NCBI GenBank assembly: GCA_903916255.1
Contig: CAIWVW010000006.1
Coordinates: 24,026-88,025 of the forward strand
Direction of reading: 5' to 3'
DNA: 64,000 nt
Source: an uncultured Bacteroidota bacterium
Lineage (GTDB): Bacteria; Bacteroidota; Bacteroidia; JABEUT01
The position numbers and the translations under genes are program-made. Below, in pieces: positions 28,399 to 38,649 of this stretch (position 1 is the first letter of the stretch; the number at the start of each line of letters is the position of its first letter). The notes under the pieces were generated by a model. It did not search any database. It worked only from the letters and a program-made list of their open reading frames with translations, and was not told the origin of the DNA.

Positions 28399-29616
28399 TT
28401 GAAAACCAGCCGTACCCGCATATTATTTATAACCCAATGGCCTTTTGAAGACGCCCTTGTGCAGACATACACCCTGCCATACGTTCGCATAATTCAAAAT
28501 ATAACGGGCTGTTACCCCTATGTGGTTACCATTGACAAAAATCAAAATGCAATTTCCGTTAAAAGGATGGATGGTATAATATCTATCCGAATACCATCGG
28601 GAAAACGTATGCTTTTCATCGGCTGGCTGCTGAATATTCTTGCGCTCCGCAAAATAATCCGGAAGAAAAGCATTAAAACAGTTCACCCCTGGTGCACCAC
28701 AGCCGGGGCTGTGGGTGCTATTCTGAAAATGTTCGACCGAAATCTGAAACTCAATATTGACAGTTTCGAACCTCATGCAGAAGCGATGGTTGAAAATAAA
28801 ACCTGGAACAAATCAGGTTTGAAATTCAAGGTGCTTTTCTTTTTTGAAAAACTGGAGTCGCGCCTTGCCAATCATTTAATTTTTGCGGCGCCCGGAATGG
28901 AGAAATATATTCTTGAAAAATATAAAACTACCGTAACTAATTATTCTGTAAAGCCTGCCTGTATTGATTTGGATACCTTTTCAGTAAAGTCTGTAAAGAA
29001 TAAGGAATTGCTGAATAAGTACAACCTGGAAGATAAAATAGTATGCGTATATGCGGGAAAATTCGGTGGTATTTATCTGGAAGATGAAACTTTCGCTTTT
29101 ATAAAGGAATGCGCCGAACGGTGGGGCGATGATAATTTTCGGTTTTTATTGCTGAGCAATACAAGTGATGAATACTTGAAAGAAAAATGTACTAACCATA
29201 AAATAGAGCCGTATACTGTAATTAAGTTATTTGTGAAACATGCTGAAGTCCCACTCTACATGGGCCTTGCCGATTTTGCTATTTCTCCCGTTAAGCCCGT
29301 TCCCACCAAGTGGTATTGCACGCCAATAAAAGACGGGGAATATTGGGCCATGGGGTTGCCGGTTGTTATTCCGCCTAATATATCTGTAGATTCCGATATA
29401 ATCAAGGAAAACAAAGCGGGTGCCATACTTCATCGGTTTGATGGAATAGCATATACCGATGCTGCCGAAGAAATAGATGCCATTATTAGAGACAGAAATA
29501 GGTTAGAGGTATTTAATCAGATAAGGCCGTTAGCGGAAAAATACCGGAATTTTAAAATAGCTGAAGAGGTGTACCGCAAAATCTACAGTTCTACCGATAA
29601 ACCCATAGTTACCTGA
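28399..29616 (+). CDS. GT-B (GT4-like) glycosyltransferase
   Basis: VYAGKFGG; CTPIKDGEYWAMGLPVV; TTG start. Confidence 0.82.
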   Translation: MKTSRTRILFITQWPFEDALVQTYTLPYVRIIQNITGCYPYVVTIDKNQNAISVKRMDGIISIRIPSGKRMLFIGWLLNILALRKIIRKKSIKTVHPWCTTAGAVGAILKMFDRNLKLNIDSFEPHAEAMVENKTWNKSGLKFKVLFFFEKLESRLANHLIFAAPGMEKYILEKYKTTVTNYSVKPACIDLDTFSVKSVKNKELLNKYNLEDKIVCVYAGKFGGIYLEDETFAFIKECAERWGDDNFRFLLLSNTSDEYLKEKCTNHKIEPYTVIKLFVKHAEVPLYMGLADFAISPVKPVPTKWYCTPIKDGEYWAMGLPVVIPPNISVDSDIIKENKAGAILHRFDGIAYTDAAEEIDAIIRDRNRLEVFNQIRPLAEKYRNFKIAEEVYRKIYSSTDKPIVT

Positions 29617-30446
29617 AGCAACGATACAGAAAGCGATTTCGGTTCAGTATAGGTCGCTGAACTGATATAGATATTTGACGTGGCGGGATTATTGGTGGTG
29701 GGTGTATAAAGGGCAATGCTATAACTTGAATAATTAATAACCGAACCCGCATACGATACATTCAGGTGAACAGCAATTGGGCCTTCGGCTGCCGTATATT
29801 TTAGTCCTGCTCCAAGGTTATAGCCAAATCCATTTCCCTGCGGAAAGGAATAAAGTGTGCTGACGGGCAAACCGGAATAGGATAGGGTAGGGTAATTGGT
29901 TGATGTAAGCCCGCCCAGCGCTTTCAGTTCGATGGAAAAATATTTGGCAAGCCGCAAATTGTAAATGGGGCCGATAAGGTATTGCAGAATGTAGTAGTTA
30001 TCGCCACTGGTAACAACAGCCGTATTAGGCGGGAAGAACTGGATGTATTGCGAGTTTACCGCATTTATGTTGTAGCCAATATCGCTGCCGCTTAAAAAGA
30101 GCATAATGCTTAATCGTTTATATACCCTGTATGCAAAGTAATATTGATAATGAAAGCCTGACAGCGCATAGCCGCCCAAATGGTTCGTATCCTTACCATT
30201 CAACAAACTGATAGGATATTTTGTCTGGTCTGCCATATGGAAATTTCCTACCGGGAATGCTGTTCCATAATTAAACCCGAAAGAGAACCGTTTAACAATA
30301 CTGTCCTTTTTACGGGCTTTACCGTAGCCCCCGGTAATGGCAAAGGAATGTTTTTTGTCATTTTTGGTGCTGTCTGAACCGCTTTGGGCAATGCCGATAT
30401 TCACCATAAAAACAGATAAAATGGCCAATAGAATAAATCTTTTCAT
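29583..30446 (-). CDS. Putative outer-membrane beta-barrel protein
   Basis: Signal peptide; alternating beta-strand patterns (GFGYNLGAGLKY); C-terminal strand VTMGLSVEL. Confidence 0.75.
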   Translation of the reverse strand: MKRFILLAILSVFMVNIGIAQSGSDSTKNDKKHSFAITGGYGKARKKDSIVKRFSFGFNYGTAFPVGNFHMADQTKYPISLLNGKDTNHLGGYALSGFHYQYYFAYRVYKRLSIMLFLSGSDIGYNINAVNSQYIQFFPPNTAVVTSGDNYYILQYLIGPIYNLRLAKYFSIELKALGGLTSTNYPTLSYSGLPVSTLYSFPQGNGFGYNLGAGLKYTAAEGPIAVHLNVSYAGSVINYSSYSIALYTPTTNNPATSNIYISSATYTEPKSLSVSLLQVTMGLSVEL

Positions 30447-30565
30447 TAAATCTGTTTTTGTAAGGTGCGTGTAATTCTATTTATAGTAACTATACTCACC
30501 GGGCAAAGATATTTTTTATTTGCCAATCAGGCTGTAAAGAAGGGAAGCGAGTAACAGAAATAGCT

Positions 30566-33500
30566 TTAATCCATGCGCTGGCGAGGGTGGTAAACCATAT
30601 AGAATATTATAGGCAGAATCAATAAAACCAATATGGTTGCCGACACAAGTCCGCCAATCATAACAATGGCAAGCGGTTTTTGCGCTTCAGAACCTATTCC
30701 GGTGCTGACAGCTGCGGGGAAAAGCCCTACCATATCAATTAATGCCGTCATGATTACAGGCCTTACCCTTTCCCTTACCCCGTTTACAATTGCTTCTATC
30801 AGGTTTTGCTTTTGTTGTAAATTTCGTTTGAATTGTACTATAAGTATAACGCCATTCTGTATGCATACGCCAAACAGAGCAATAAATCCGATACCTGCCG
30901 AAATACTGAAATTGGTGCCGGTGAGCAAAAGGGCAAAAATACCGCCAATCAATGCGAAGGGCACATTTAGCAGGATAATGGTAGAGTCGCGCAAATTGCC
31001 GAAAGTCATAAAGAGGATGATGAAAATCAGAAGCAAGCTGATAGGCACTACTTGTTTTAAGCGGTTTACCGCCCTCACCTGGCTTTCAAACTCTCCAATC
31101 CAGTCTATTTTATATCCTTTAGGTACTTTTACATTAGCGGTTCTGCGCTGGCATTCAGCAATGGTGCTTCCCATATCGCGGTCGCGGACAGAAAATTTAA
31201 CGGCTATTACCCGTTGATTGTTCGCCCGGTATATAGAACTAATACCTGTTTTTTGTGTAATAGTGGAAATCAATTTAAGTGGAACTTCCCCGGCATTCAT
31301 GGTTGGAACCATAAGATTACCTAGTTCTTCTTCCGTTTTCCTGAATTCAGGAGCGTAACGCACACGTAAATCGAATAGTCGTTCTCCTTCAAAAACCTGT
31401 GTGGCGGCCTGCCCCCCAATGGCCATTTGCACCACCGCATTGGCATTCGCGGTACTTACTCCGTAAAGCCCCATTTTATTCTGTTCCAAATCAATATCCA
31501 ATTCAGGCTGGCCTAAATTTTTCAGTACACCCAAATCCTCAATTCCTTTAATTTTTGTAAGCGTATCGAATATCTGCTTTGCTTTCTCATTTAATACGGC
31601 AAAATCCGTGCCTGAAATCTGGCATCCTAATGCTGCATTCATACCTGAAACAGCCTGTTCCACATTATCGCGGATAGGTTGGGAGAAATTAAATACAACA
31701 CCCACATGTTTCGAAACCAATACGCTATTCATCTCATCAATCAGCGAATCCTTGCTGATATTTCGTTTCCATTCTTCTTTTGGATATAAAATAACATCGC
31801 ATTGGATATCTGAAAAGGCTTCCGGGTCGGAACCGTCATCGGGCCTGCCTGTTTGCGATACAACAGTTTTAACTTCTTTAAAGCTTCCTAATTCTTTGCG
31901 CATGCTATCGGCAAGGGCCGAGGAGTTGGGCAATGCAACACCCAATGGGGTTTGGGCTTTTACCCAAAGTGCGCCTTCGTCCAGGTGCGGTAAAAACTCT
32001 GAACCTAAAAACGTAGAGATATATAAGCTGCCGCCCAGTAAAACAACGGCAAGCAAAAGGCTTGTTTTTTTATGCCTGAACGTAAAATTGAACAGTTTCA
32101 TATATCCCTTTTCAATTCCTATTACAACAGGATTATGTTTTTCGTACACATTTTTGTTTAGCAACATGTGTATTAATACCGGAACAAGGGTTAGGGTGAA
32201 GATAAGTGCGCCGATAAGAGCAAACCCAAGGGTCCATGCAAGTGGAGAGAATATTTTTCCTTCTACATTTTCAAACGAAAAAATAGGAATTAACGCAGTA
32301 ATGATAATAAGTTTGGCAAAAAGAATGGCCTTACCCATATCCATGGTAGTATTCTTTATCCAGCCCATTTTGGAGCGTTTGTTAAACGCTTCCTTGCCCA
32401 ATTCTTTGTACTTTCTGTCGAATACTACAAAGCAGCCCTCGACTAAGACGACCGAGCCATCAATAATTATTCCAAAGTCGACGGCACCAAGGGAAAGCAG
32501 GTTTACAGGCATTCCTTTTATAAGCATGCAGATAAAAGCAAACAAGAGAGAAAGCGGAATGATAATAGCTACTATTAATGTTGCGCGCCAATCGGCCATA
32601 AATAAAAATACCAACCCGATTACCAGAATTATACCTTCTACCAGGTTATGAAGAACAGTTTCGGTGCAATAGGTAATAAGCGTATTGCGGTCATAAAAGG
32701 GCACAATTTTAACATCCGAAGGAAGTATAGATGTATTCAGTTCATCGATTTTGGCACGTACCAATTTCAATACCTCCTGCGGGTTCCTGCCTTTGCGCAT
32801 TACCACTACACCTTCCACCACATCATTGGCAGTATCCATACCCACCCGGCCCAGACGAGGCAGGTTATTTATCCGCACTTCGGCTACATTTTGCACCAAC
32901 AAGGGTACGCCATTCATGTTTTTGATAATGACATTCTTTATTTCATCTATATTGTTCAGCAGTCCGATTCCCCTAACCACAAATGACACTTCTCCCTGGT
33001 CAATTACATCGCCACCGGCATTAATGTTGCTGTTTGAAACAGCGTTGTAAACATCCAATGCGGTGATGTTGTACTTGCGCAACAAATTAGGGTTTACATC
33101 TATTTCATAATCTTTGGTTGGGCCGCCATAGCTGTTAACATCGGCAACCCCTTCCACTGAATGGAGATTGCGCTCTATCACCCAATTTTCTATAGTTTTT
33201 AATTCCAGCGGAGATTTGGTTTTACTTTGAACCGTAAAGCGGAATATTTCGTCGGTAGGGCCATAAGGAGGTTCCACCTCCGGCTGAACTCCTGCCGGTA
33301 ACTGAACATTGCCCAATAAATCCATTACCTGCGCACGTGCATGGTAGTCATCCACTCCATCATTAAAAATAATGGTAATTTGTGACAACCCAAACATAGT
33401 GGTGGAGTGAATAGACGTTTTTTCCTGCACCGAATTCATGGCAAGTTCTATAGGTATGGTAACCTGCCGTTCTACTTCCTGTGCGCCACGTCCCTGCCAT

Positions 33501-33664
33501 TGGGTAATAATTATTATTTGCGTGTTGGTAATATCCGGATATGCCTCTATAGGTGTTTTGCTGTAGGCTATGGCCCCCAGTATGGCAATAACAATGGTGG
33601 CAAAAAGAATAAATATTTTATTCTTTAAGGAGAAGGCAACAATACTTTTTACAAGTTTATTCAT
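30566..33664 (-). CDS. CusA/CzcA family RND efflux transporter
   Basis: IEAYPDIT; GAVDFGIIIDG; ERVRPVIMTA; 1032 aa. Confidence 0.95.
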   Translation of the reverse strand: MNKLVKSIVAFSLKNKIFILFATIVIAILGAIAYSKTPIEAYPDITNTQIIIITQWQGRGAQEVERQVTIPIELAMNSVQEKTSIHSTTMFGLSQITIIFNDGVDDYHARAQVMDLLGNVQLPAGVQPEVEPPYGPTDEIFRFTVQSKTKSPLELKTIENWVIERNLHSVEGVADVNSYGGPTKDYEIDVNPNLLRKYNITALDVYNAVSNSNINAGGDVIDQGEVSFVVRGIGLLNNIDEIKNVIIKNMNGVPLLVQNVAEVRINNLPRLGRVGMDTANDVVEGVVVMRKGRNPQEVLKLVRAKIDELNTSILPSDVKIVPFYDRNTLITYCTETVLHNLVEGIILVIGLVFLFMADWRATLIVAIIIPLSLLFAFICMLIKGMPVNLLSLGAVDFGIIIDGSVVLVEGCFVVFDRKYKELGKEAFNKRSKMGWIKNTTMDMGKAILFAKLIIITALIPIFSFENVEGKIFSPLAWTLGFALIGALIFTLTLVPVLIHMLLNKNVYEKHNPVVIGIEKGYMKLFNFTFRHKKTSLLLAVVLLGGSLYISTFLGSEFLPHLDEGALWVKAQTPLGVALPNSSALADSMRKELGSFKEVKTVVSQTGRPDDGSDPEAFSDIQCDVILYPKEEWKRNISKDSLIDEMNSVLVSKHVGVVFNFSQPIRDNVEQAVSGMNAALGCQISGTDFAVLNEKAKQIFDTLTKIKGIEDLGVLKNLGQPELDIDLEQNKMGLYGVSTANANAVVQMAIGGQAATQVFEGERLFDLRVRYAPEFRKTEEELGNLMVPTMNAGEVPLKLISTITQKTGISSIYRANNQRVIAVKFSVRDRDMGSTIAECQRRTANVKVPKGYKIDWIGEFESQVRAVNRLKQVVPISLLLIFIILFMTFGNLRDSTIILLNVPFALIGGIFALLLTGTNFSISAGIGFIALFGVCIQNGVILIVQFKRNLQQKQNLIEAIVNGVRERVRPVIMTALIDMVGLFPAAVSTGIGSEAQKPLAIVMIGGLVSATILVLLILPIIFYMVYHPRQRMD

Positions 33665-33676
33665 TCAAAGCAAGTT

Positions 33677-34774
33677 TTATTGTCCGTAAACATAAAGACT
33701 GTTTTTGCAAACTACGGCTTCACCAGTTTGCAGGCCTTTTGTTACGTAGGCATCTGTTTCATTGGTACCTTCAATGGTAATCTTTCTTTTTTCAAACTTG
33801 TTATTGCCCTTGGCTACCATTACATAGTAATCATTATCATAAAAAACCAGCGCCTCTTTCGGAACTGCCAATGCTTTTTTATGTTTGTCGATGTGTACAT
33901 TAACTGTGGCAAACATGCCCGACTTTAATAATCCGTCTGAATTATCGAGCACTATTCTTGCCTGCATGGTGCTGGCCGAAGAATCGAGCATATTGGCAAT
34001 TTTTGAAATGGTGCCTTTTATTTTTTTATCCGGATAAGCTACCGTGGTAATATCCGCTGAATCGCCAACGGCTATTTGCGGAATATCGTTTTCATACACA
34101 TTGGCTTGCACCCAAACTGTTTTCAGGAATGAAATGGTGAATAACGGATTGGTATTATCGGCACGTACATTCATGCTTTCGCTGATTGATTTTGAAACCA
34201 CATACCCATCGATAGGGGAGGTAACCGTATAGGTGGAATTACTGTCGGAGCCGGAAACTTTATATGTTTTAAGGTATGTTTCAGCCGTATGGAGGGAAGC
34301 TAAAGCTGATTTATAATCATTCTGGGCCTGCATCACATCCTTTTCCGAATATACTTTGGTTTTATATAGTTCATTGGCTATGTCGAGGTTGCGGGTAGCC
34401 GTTTTTAACTGGCCCTGTGCCACCGCATATTGGCCCTGGTAATTACTTACGTCAGCACTCTTCAATATTGCCAGCACCTGGCCTTTGGTTACATGGTCGC
34501 CTTGCGAAACATTTACTTTCAGTACGTTTCCGCTTACGAAACTGTAAACAGGCGATAAGTAATCCATATCAAATGTCACTTTTCCGCTTAACGCGAGGTC
34601 GGTTCTTTCTTCTTCTATTTTTACTGAATCCATGGTAATTTGCTTCATCTGAATAGCGTTAAGTTCCACCAAATTCGAATCTGCGGGTTGGTCGGCTGCC
34701 TGCGGGGCTGGTTGTTTGCAGCCTGTTAGGAAGAAAACAACAAGTATGAATAATGAAAACAGTTTGTTTAACAT
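33677..34774 (-). CDS. RND periplasmic adaptor (CzcB-like), lipoprotein
   Basis: Lipobox LTGC; TSPIDGYVV; VWVQANVYE; LKSGMFA. Confidence 0.93.
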   Translation of the reverse strand: MLNKLFSLFILVVFFLTGCKQPAPQAADQPADSNLVELNAIQMKQITMDSVKIEEERTDLALSGKVTFDMDYLSPVYSFVSGNVLKVNVSQGDHVTKGQVLAILKSADVSNYQGQYAVAQGQLKTATRNLDIANELYKTKVYSEKDVMQAQNDYKSALASLHTAETYLKTYKVSGSDSNSTYTVTSPIDGYVVSKSISESMNVRADNTNPLFTISFLKTVWVQANVYENDIPQIAVGDSADITTVAYPDKKIKGTISKIANMLDSSASTMQARIVLDNSDGLLKSGMFATVNVHIDKHKKALAVPKEALVFYDNDYYVMVAKGNNKFEKRKITIEGTNETDAYVTKGLQTGEAVVCKNSLYVYGQ

Positions 34775-34776
34775 GG

Positions 34777-36090
34777 TTATTTAATTATGTCAATTCCGGT
34801 TGTGTAATTAAGGGCATGAATGGCATTGAAATATTGCACTTTCATATTTATGAGGTTGGTTTTTCCGTCAATGTAGGTGCTGATTTGGCTCAATAAATCG
34901 AGCAGGTTGATATACCTTTTATCGTAATTGGCAATGGCATTGTCCATCATTTCATTCAAATCGCTTTCATAGTGCGAATCGATTTGCGAATATTGATTAT
35001 TGATGCGGTAAAGATTGGTATACGATGCAGTTACCTGGTTCATTACTGAATATAGGGCAAGGCTGTCATTTAATTCGGCTTGTTTTTTTTGTTCTTTGGC
35101 TTGGGTAACGTTCCATTGGTTGCGGTTAAAGACAGGCAAGTCGATATTGGCAGTTATTCCCCAATAATCGGGAATTACAGAACCTGCGCCAATATTTGCA
35201 ACTCCTAATGTAAGGTCGGGAACAGAAGTAGAATGTTGCAGTTTTAGGTTTTGTTCGCTGTACTGAACCCCTGCGTAAGCCAGTTTAAGGTCGGGCCTGT
35301 TATTTTTTGCGCTGTCCAGAATAGACATGTAAGGCGGTATTTCAGCAGACGGAATACCAAGGTCTCTCACTACTATGTATGTATTTCCTTTGTAGGCAAG
35401 CAATATTCCCAAATCCTGTTCATCACTCGATATGGCCTGACTGGCAGTAATTTCCTGAGCCACTATATCCTGCAGTTGTGCCTGCAGGCGTATTACATCA
35501 TTGCCCGATGCATTACCCAATTTATATTCTGCCTGTGTGCTTTCAACCAAATGCCTTATTTTATTCTCTTCGGATACATACATATTTACCAGCGTCTGGT
35601 TATTGTACAGGTCAGAAATGTCTGTATACATCTGATATTTCAGGCTGCGCAATAAATCAGCCAATTGAAACTCGCTTTGGATAACTCCAACTTTGGCAAG
35701 TTTTGCAGTAGCGCTGTGGCGACCTCCAATAGTGAGCAACTGCTGAAGTTGGAAGGTACGGTCAACTTCCCCTTCTGCGGGATAGTTATTATCAAAAAAC
35801 TTTTTACTGTCCTGATTGTACAAGGTTTGCCCGTATGTCAGGTTCGGATTATACCACAGTTTTGCCTGAAGGTAAGTTGCCTGTGCAATTTTTACATCAT
35901 ATTGCTTTGCAAGAAGGGAAAGATTCATGCTCACAAAGCGTTGTTCTGCAGCAGGAATATTTATAGTAATAGTATCCTCTTTCAAGGGGGTACTATTTTG
36001 CCCCTGCGTAAAAAGGGCAGTAAATACGGAGCACAAAAACAGGAGTGCCTTCAAGTGTAATTTATTTTTGTAATTTTTTCTAAATGGCAT
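34777..36090 (-). CDS. TolC family outer membrane factor (CzcC-like)
   Basis: NLSLLA, NRPDLK, LPVFNRNQ; ATG at 36090 preferred. Confidence 0.9.
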   Translation of the reverse strand: MPFRKNYKNKLHLKALLFLCSVFTALFTQGQNSTPLKEDTITINIPAAEQRFVSMNLSLLAKQYDVKIAQATYLQAKLWYNPNLTYGQTLYNQDSKKFFDNNYPAEGEVDRTFQLQQLLTIGGRHSATAKLAKVGVIQSEFQLADLLRSLKYQMYTDISDLYNNQTLVNMYVSEENKIRHLVESTQAEYKLGNASGNDVIRLQAQLQDIVAQEITASQAISSDEQDLGILLAYKGNTYIVVRDLGIPSAEIPPYMSILDSAKNNRPDLKLAYAGVQYSEQNLKLQHSTSVPDLTLGVANIGAGSVIPDYWGITANIDLPVFNRNQWNVTQAKEQKKQAELNDSLALYSVMNQVTASYTNLYRINNQYSQIDSHYESDLNEMMDNAIANYDKRYINLLDLLSQISTYIDGKTNLINMKVQYFNAIHALNYTTGIDIIK

Positions 36091-36115
36091 TAAACGCTGC
36101 TTTAGTGTAATGGCG

Positions 36116-36175
36116 CAAAAATACACGGCTTTCTTTATGAAGCAATTAGAATACCATTAGAATTTGTTAATTAGA
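36116..36175 (-). promoter_or_regulatory. czcCBA-like promoter with OmpR-type direct repeats
   Basis: -7 TATTTTTG (36116..36123); ATTCTAAT-N3-ATTCTAAT on minus strand (36145..36163, 11-bp period). Confidence 0.65.
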
Positions 36176-36207
36176 TATCAATAGACGATTCCTGCGGCAA
36201 AAACCAG

Positions 36208-37620
36208 TTATGTATGAAATAGTATTGTAAACGTGCTGCCTTCATTAATTACGGATGTTATCCCGATTTTTCCGTTGTGAAGCCGGATTATTTTTTCTGC
36301 CAGGGATAATCCAATACCCGAACCGGGGTGTTTAAAGGCATTTTGGGCGCGGTAAAATGGTTGGAAAATGTGTTGGATTTCTGACGATTCAATTCCAATA
36401 CCCTGGTCTTTTATGGTGATAACTACGTCGGCATCATTGCATGAAATTTCACAAAGCACTTCTTTATCGCCGGAAAACTTAAGAGCGTTCTTTAAGATAT
36501 TGCTTAAGGCTACAAACAACAACCTTCTGTTGCCCTGAATGGTATATTTTTCAGGGTCGTCGGGCAGGTTATAATTTACTTTCACCAAGCCTGATTTATT
36601 GCCCCATTCATCTACTACTTCCCATACTAATTCATCCAGTTGTATTTTTTGCAATTCAGCAGTATCGATGCCCGTTTGAGCGAGTTCAAGCAAGCTTGTT
36701 ATCAATGCATTCAATTTTTCAGCTTCGGTAAGGATGCTTTGCAAAGCGCTTTTATATTCCTCTGTTTCGCGCTTGTTTTTCAGGGTTACCTCGGCTTTGC
36801 CGAATATTTTTGTTAATGGTGTCCGCAGTTCATGCGAAGCATGGGATATAAATGATTGCTGGTCATTAAACGATTGCTCCAAATGTTCCAGCAGATTGTT
36901 AATAGTGGTAGAGAGTTGGTTTATCTCATCATTTTTATAGCGGGTAATGGTAAGGCGCTTATCTAAACTGGTTGACCTGATAATTTTAAGGTTGTTGGTT
37001 ATTTTCAGAATAGGTTGCAAGGCAATGGTTGCAACTATTCTGCCAAGTAAAAATGTAATTACCAAAGAAGAGAGAAATGAAAATAGCATAATATAGGCCA
37101 GCCTTTTCATATTTTGAACACCTGCATCATCAATGGCGGAAGCTATAACCACAAAATTACCGGAGTTATCCACATAATACAAACCCGCTACTTGCTGGTT
37201 TCCGATGGAGAAATGAATTTTCTTTTTGTCGATTACTTGTTGAATAATATCCCTTGACCAGCTTATCGTATCCTCCTTTATAAATACCAGCGAGGAGTGT
37301 ATGTTTTTTAAATTGGCATTCGACCAGCTGATGGAATCTTCCTTAATGAATACGGATTGGAACTTATCATTGTAAATGCGGGTAACCTCATGCGAAAGGG
37401 TTTGGGGATATTTTTCGATAACTTTTTTGAAATTCTCGGGCGACATATTATCCTGTGCAAGGTAGAGTTCCCCCACCGTCAGTGCCCGGTCATCTAATTT
37501 GGCATAAAAACTTTCGCTCCGGTTTTGTTCCACTAAAAAATAAACACCCAGCAGAACTATAAAAAGCAGAACCGCAAACATGAATGTAAACTGGAGCGAT
37601 AAACGGTTTTTTACTTTCAT
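36208..37620 (-). CDS. HAMP sensor histidine kinase
   Basis: 2 TMs; HAMP; ASHELRTPL; NILKNALKF; DQGIGI; GSGIGLS. Confidence 0.95.
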   Translation of the reverse strand: MKVKNRLSLQFTFMFAVLLFIVLLGVYFLVEQNRSESFYAKLDDRALTVGELYLAQDNMSPENFKKVIEKYPQTLSHEVTRIYNDKFQSVFIKEDSISWSNANLKNIHSSLVFIKEDTISWSRDIIQQVIDKKKIHFSIGNQQVAGLYYVDNSGNFVVIASAIDDAGVQNMKRLAYIMLFSFLSSLVITFLLGRIVATIALQPILKITNNLKIIRSTSLDKRLTITRYKNDEINQLSTTINNLLEHLEQSFNDQQSFISHASHELRTPLTKIFGKAEVTLKNKRETEEYKSALQSILTEAEKLNALITSLLELAQTGIDTAELQKIQLDELVWEVVDEWGNKSGLVKVNYNLPDDPEKYTIQGNRRLLFVALSNILKNALKFSGDKEVLCEISCNDADVVITIKDQGIGIESSEIQHIFQPFYRAQNAFKHPGSGIGLSLAEKIIRLHNGKIGITSVINEGSTFTILFHT

Positions 37621-37623
37621 AGC

Positions 37624-38295
37624 CTATAATTCTTTAAGCACGTAGCCACGGCCAATTACAGTTTGAATCAATTTTTGAGAATGGTTCTTATCTATTTTAG
37701 TACGCAGGTAGTTAATATAAACATCAATCAGGTTGGTACCCCGGTCGAAGTTTATGCCCCAAACGGCCTCGGCTATTTCACTTCTCGACAGTACTTTGTT
37801 TTTATTGGAGATAAGTTTTTCGAGCAGTGTAAACTCCTTTGTGGTTAATGGGATTTCAGTTCCGGCCCTGTTCGCTGTCCCTTTATCGCAATCTACTACC
37901 AGGTCGGCTACTTTATACACTCTTCCCGAATTAATTATTCGCCGCCTTGTAAGGGCATTTATCCGTGCAGTCAATTCTTCAAAATGAAAGGGTTTTGTAA
38001 GGTAATCGTCGGCTCCGTTTTCAAATCCTTCCACTTTATTTTTTATGGTTCCCAACGCCGTAAGCATAAGGATAGGCAATTCCTTTTTGTGTTTTCTTAC
38101 CTGCTGGCATACTTTTATTCCGCTATAAGTTGGCAGAACCACGTCCAGAATAAGTAAATCGAAATTCTGTTCAATTGCTGTTTTACTGCCTTCCATGCCA
38201 TCATGTTCCACGGTAACCTGAAACTGCTGTTCTTCCAGCCCTTTTTTTATAAAGGCTGCTACTTCAGGCTCATCTTCAACAAGCAAAATATTCAT
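37624..38295 (-). CDS. OmpR-family response regulator (CusR/CzcR-like)
   Basis: LLVEDE, LILDVVLP, GADDYLTKPF, wHTH with VYINYLRTKID. Confidence 0.95.
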   Translation of the reverse strand: MNILLVEDEPEVAAFIKKGLEEQQFQVTVEHDGMEGSKTAIEQNFDLLILDVVLPTYSGIKVCQQVRKHKKELPILMLTALGTIKNKVEGFENGADDYLTKPFHFEELTARINALTRRRIINSGRVYKVADLVVDCDKGTANRAGTEIPLTTKEFTLLEKLISNKNKVLSRSEIAEAVWGINFDRGTNLIDVYINYLRTKIDKNHSQKLIQTVIGRGYVLKEL

Positions 38296-38386
38296 TGTGT
38301 ACAGGGTTGCATGAATTAACGATACAGGATAAGCAAAGGTATCGTCTTTATTACATTAAGGTAGTACGGGCAGATTAATTATTGTT

Positions 38387-38421
38387 AAAAAAAATCCCCC
38401 GACACTTAAGCCGGAGGATTT
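38387..38421. terminator. Rho-independent terminator (member of a repeated hairpin family)
   Basis: AAAAAAAATCCCCCGACACTTAAGCCGGAGGATTT; U-tract on minus strand after the 68-aa gene. Confidence 0.75.
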
Positions 38422-38442
38422 CTTAGTATAAAAGGATAGCGT

Positions 38443-38649
38443 TTATTGTTTGGTAGCAGAACTTGCAGGAGCTGTTGTTGTTTTGGAAACATTTTTCCTT
38501 GCAGGTACTTTCTTTACTTCTTTCTTCTCTGTTTTTTTGTCCGATTTCTTTTCTGTTTTGGGCTTATCTTGTTTAGTTTGGTAGGCTGAAGCTACAGAAA
38601 CCCCGGTAAACAGAACTACAGTTGCAAGTATGGTGCCTATTTTTTTCAT
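38443..38649 (-). CDS. Small secreted Lys-rich low-complexity protein (68 aa)
   Basis: Signal peptide MKKIGTILATVVLFTGVSVASA; KTEKK repeats; own terminator. Confidence 0.8.
   Translation of the reverse strand: MKKIGTILATVVLFTGVSVASAYQTKQDKPKTEKKSDKKTEKKEVKKVPARKNVSKTTTAPASSATKQ

Noticed and set aside
31608-32651. 347-aa plus-strand ORF and the many other antisense ORFs in the track
   Set aside because: They lie wholly opposite well-supported genes (here the RND transporter), have no recognisable motifs and look like shadow ORFs
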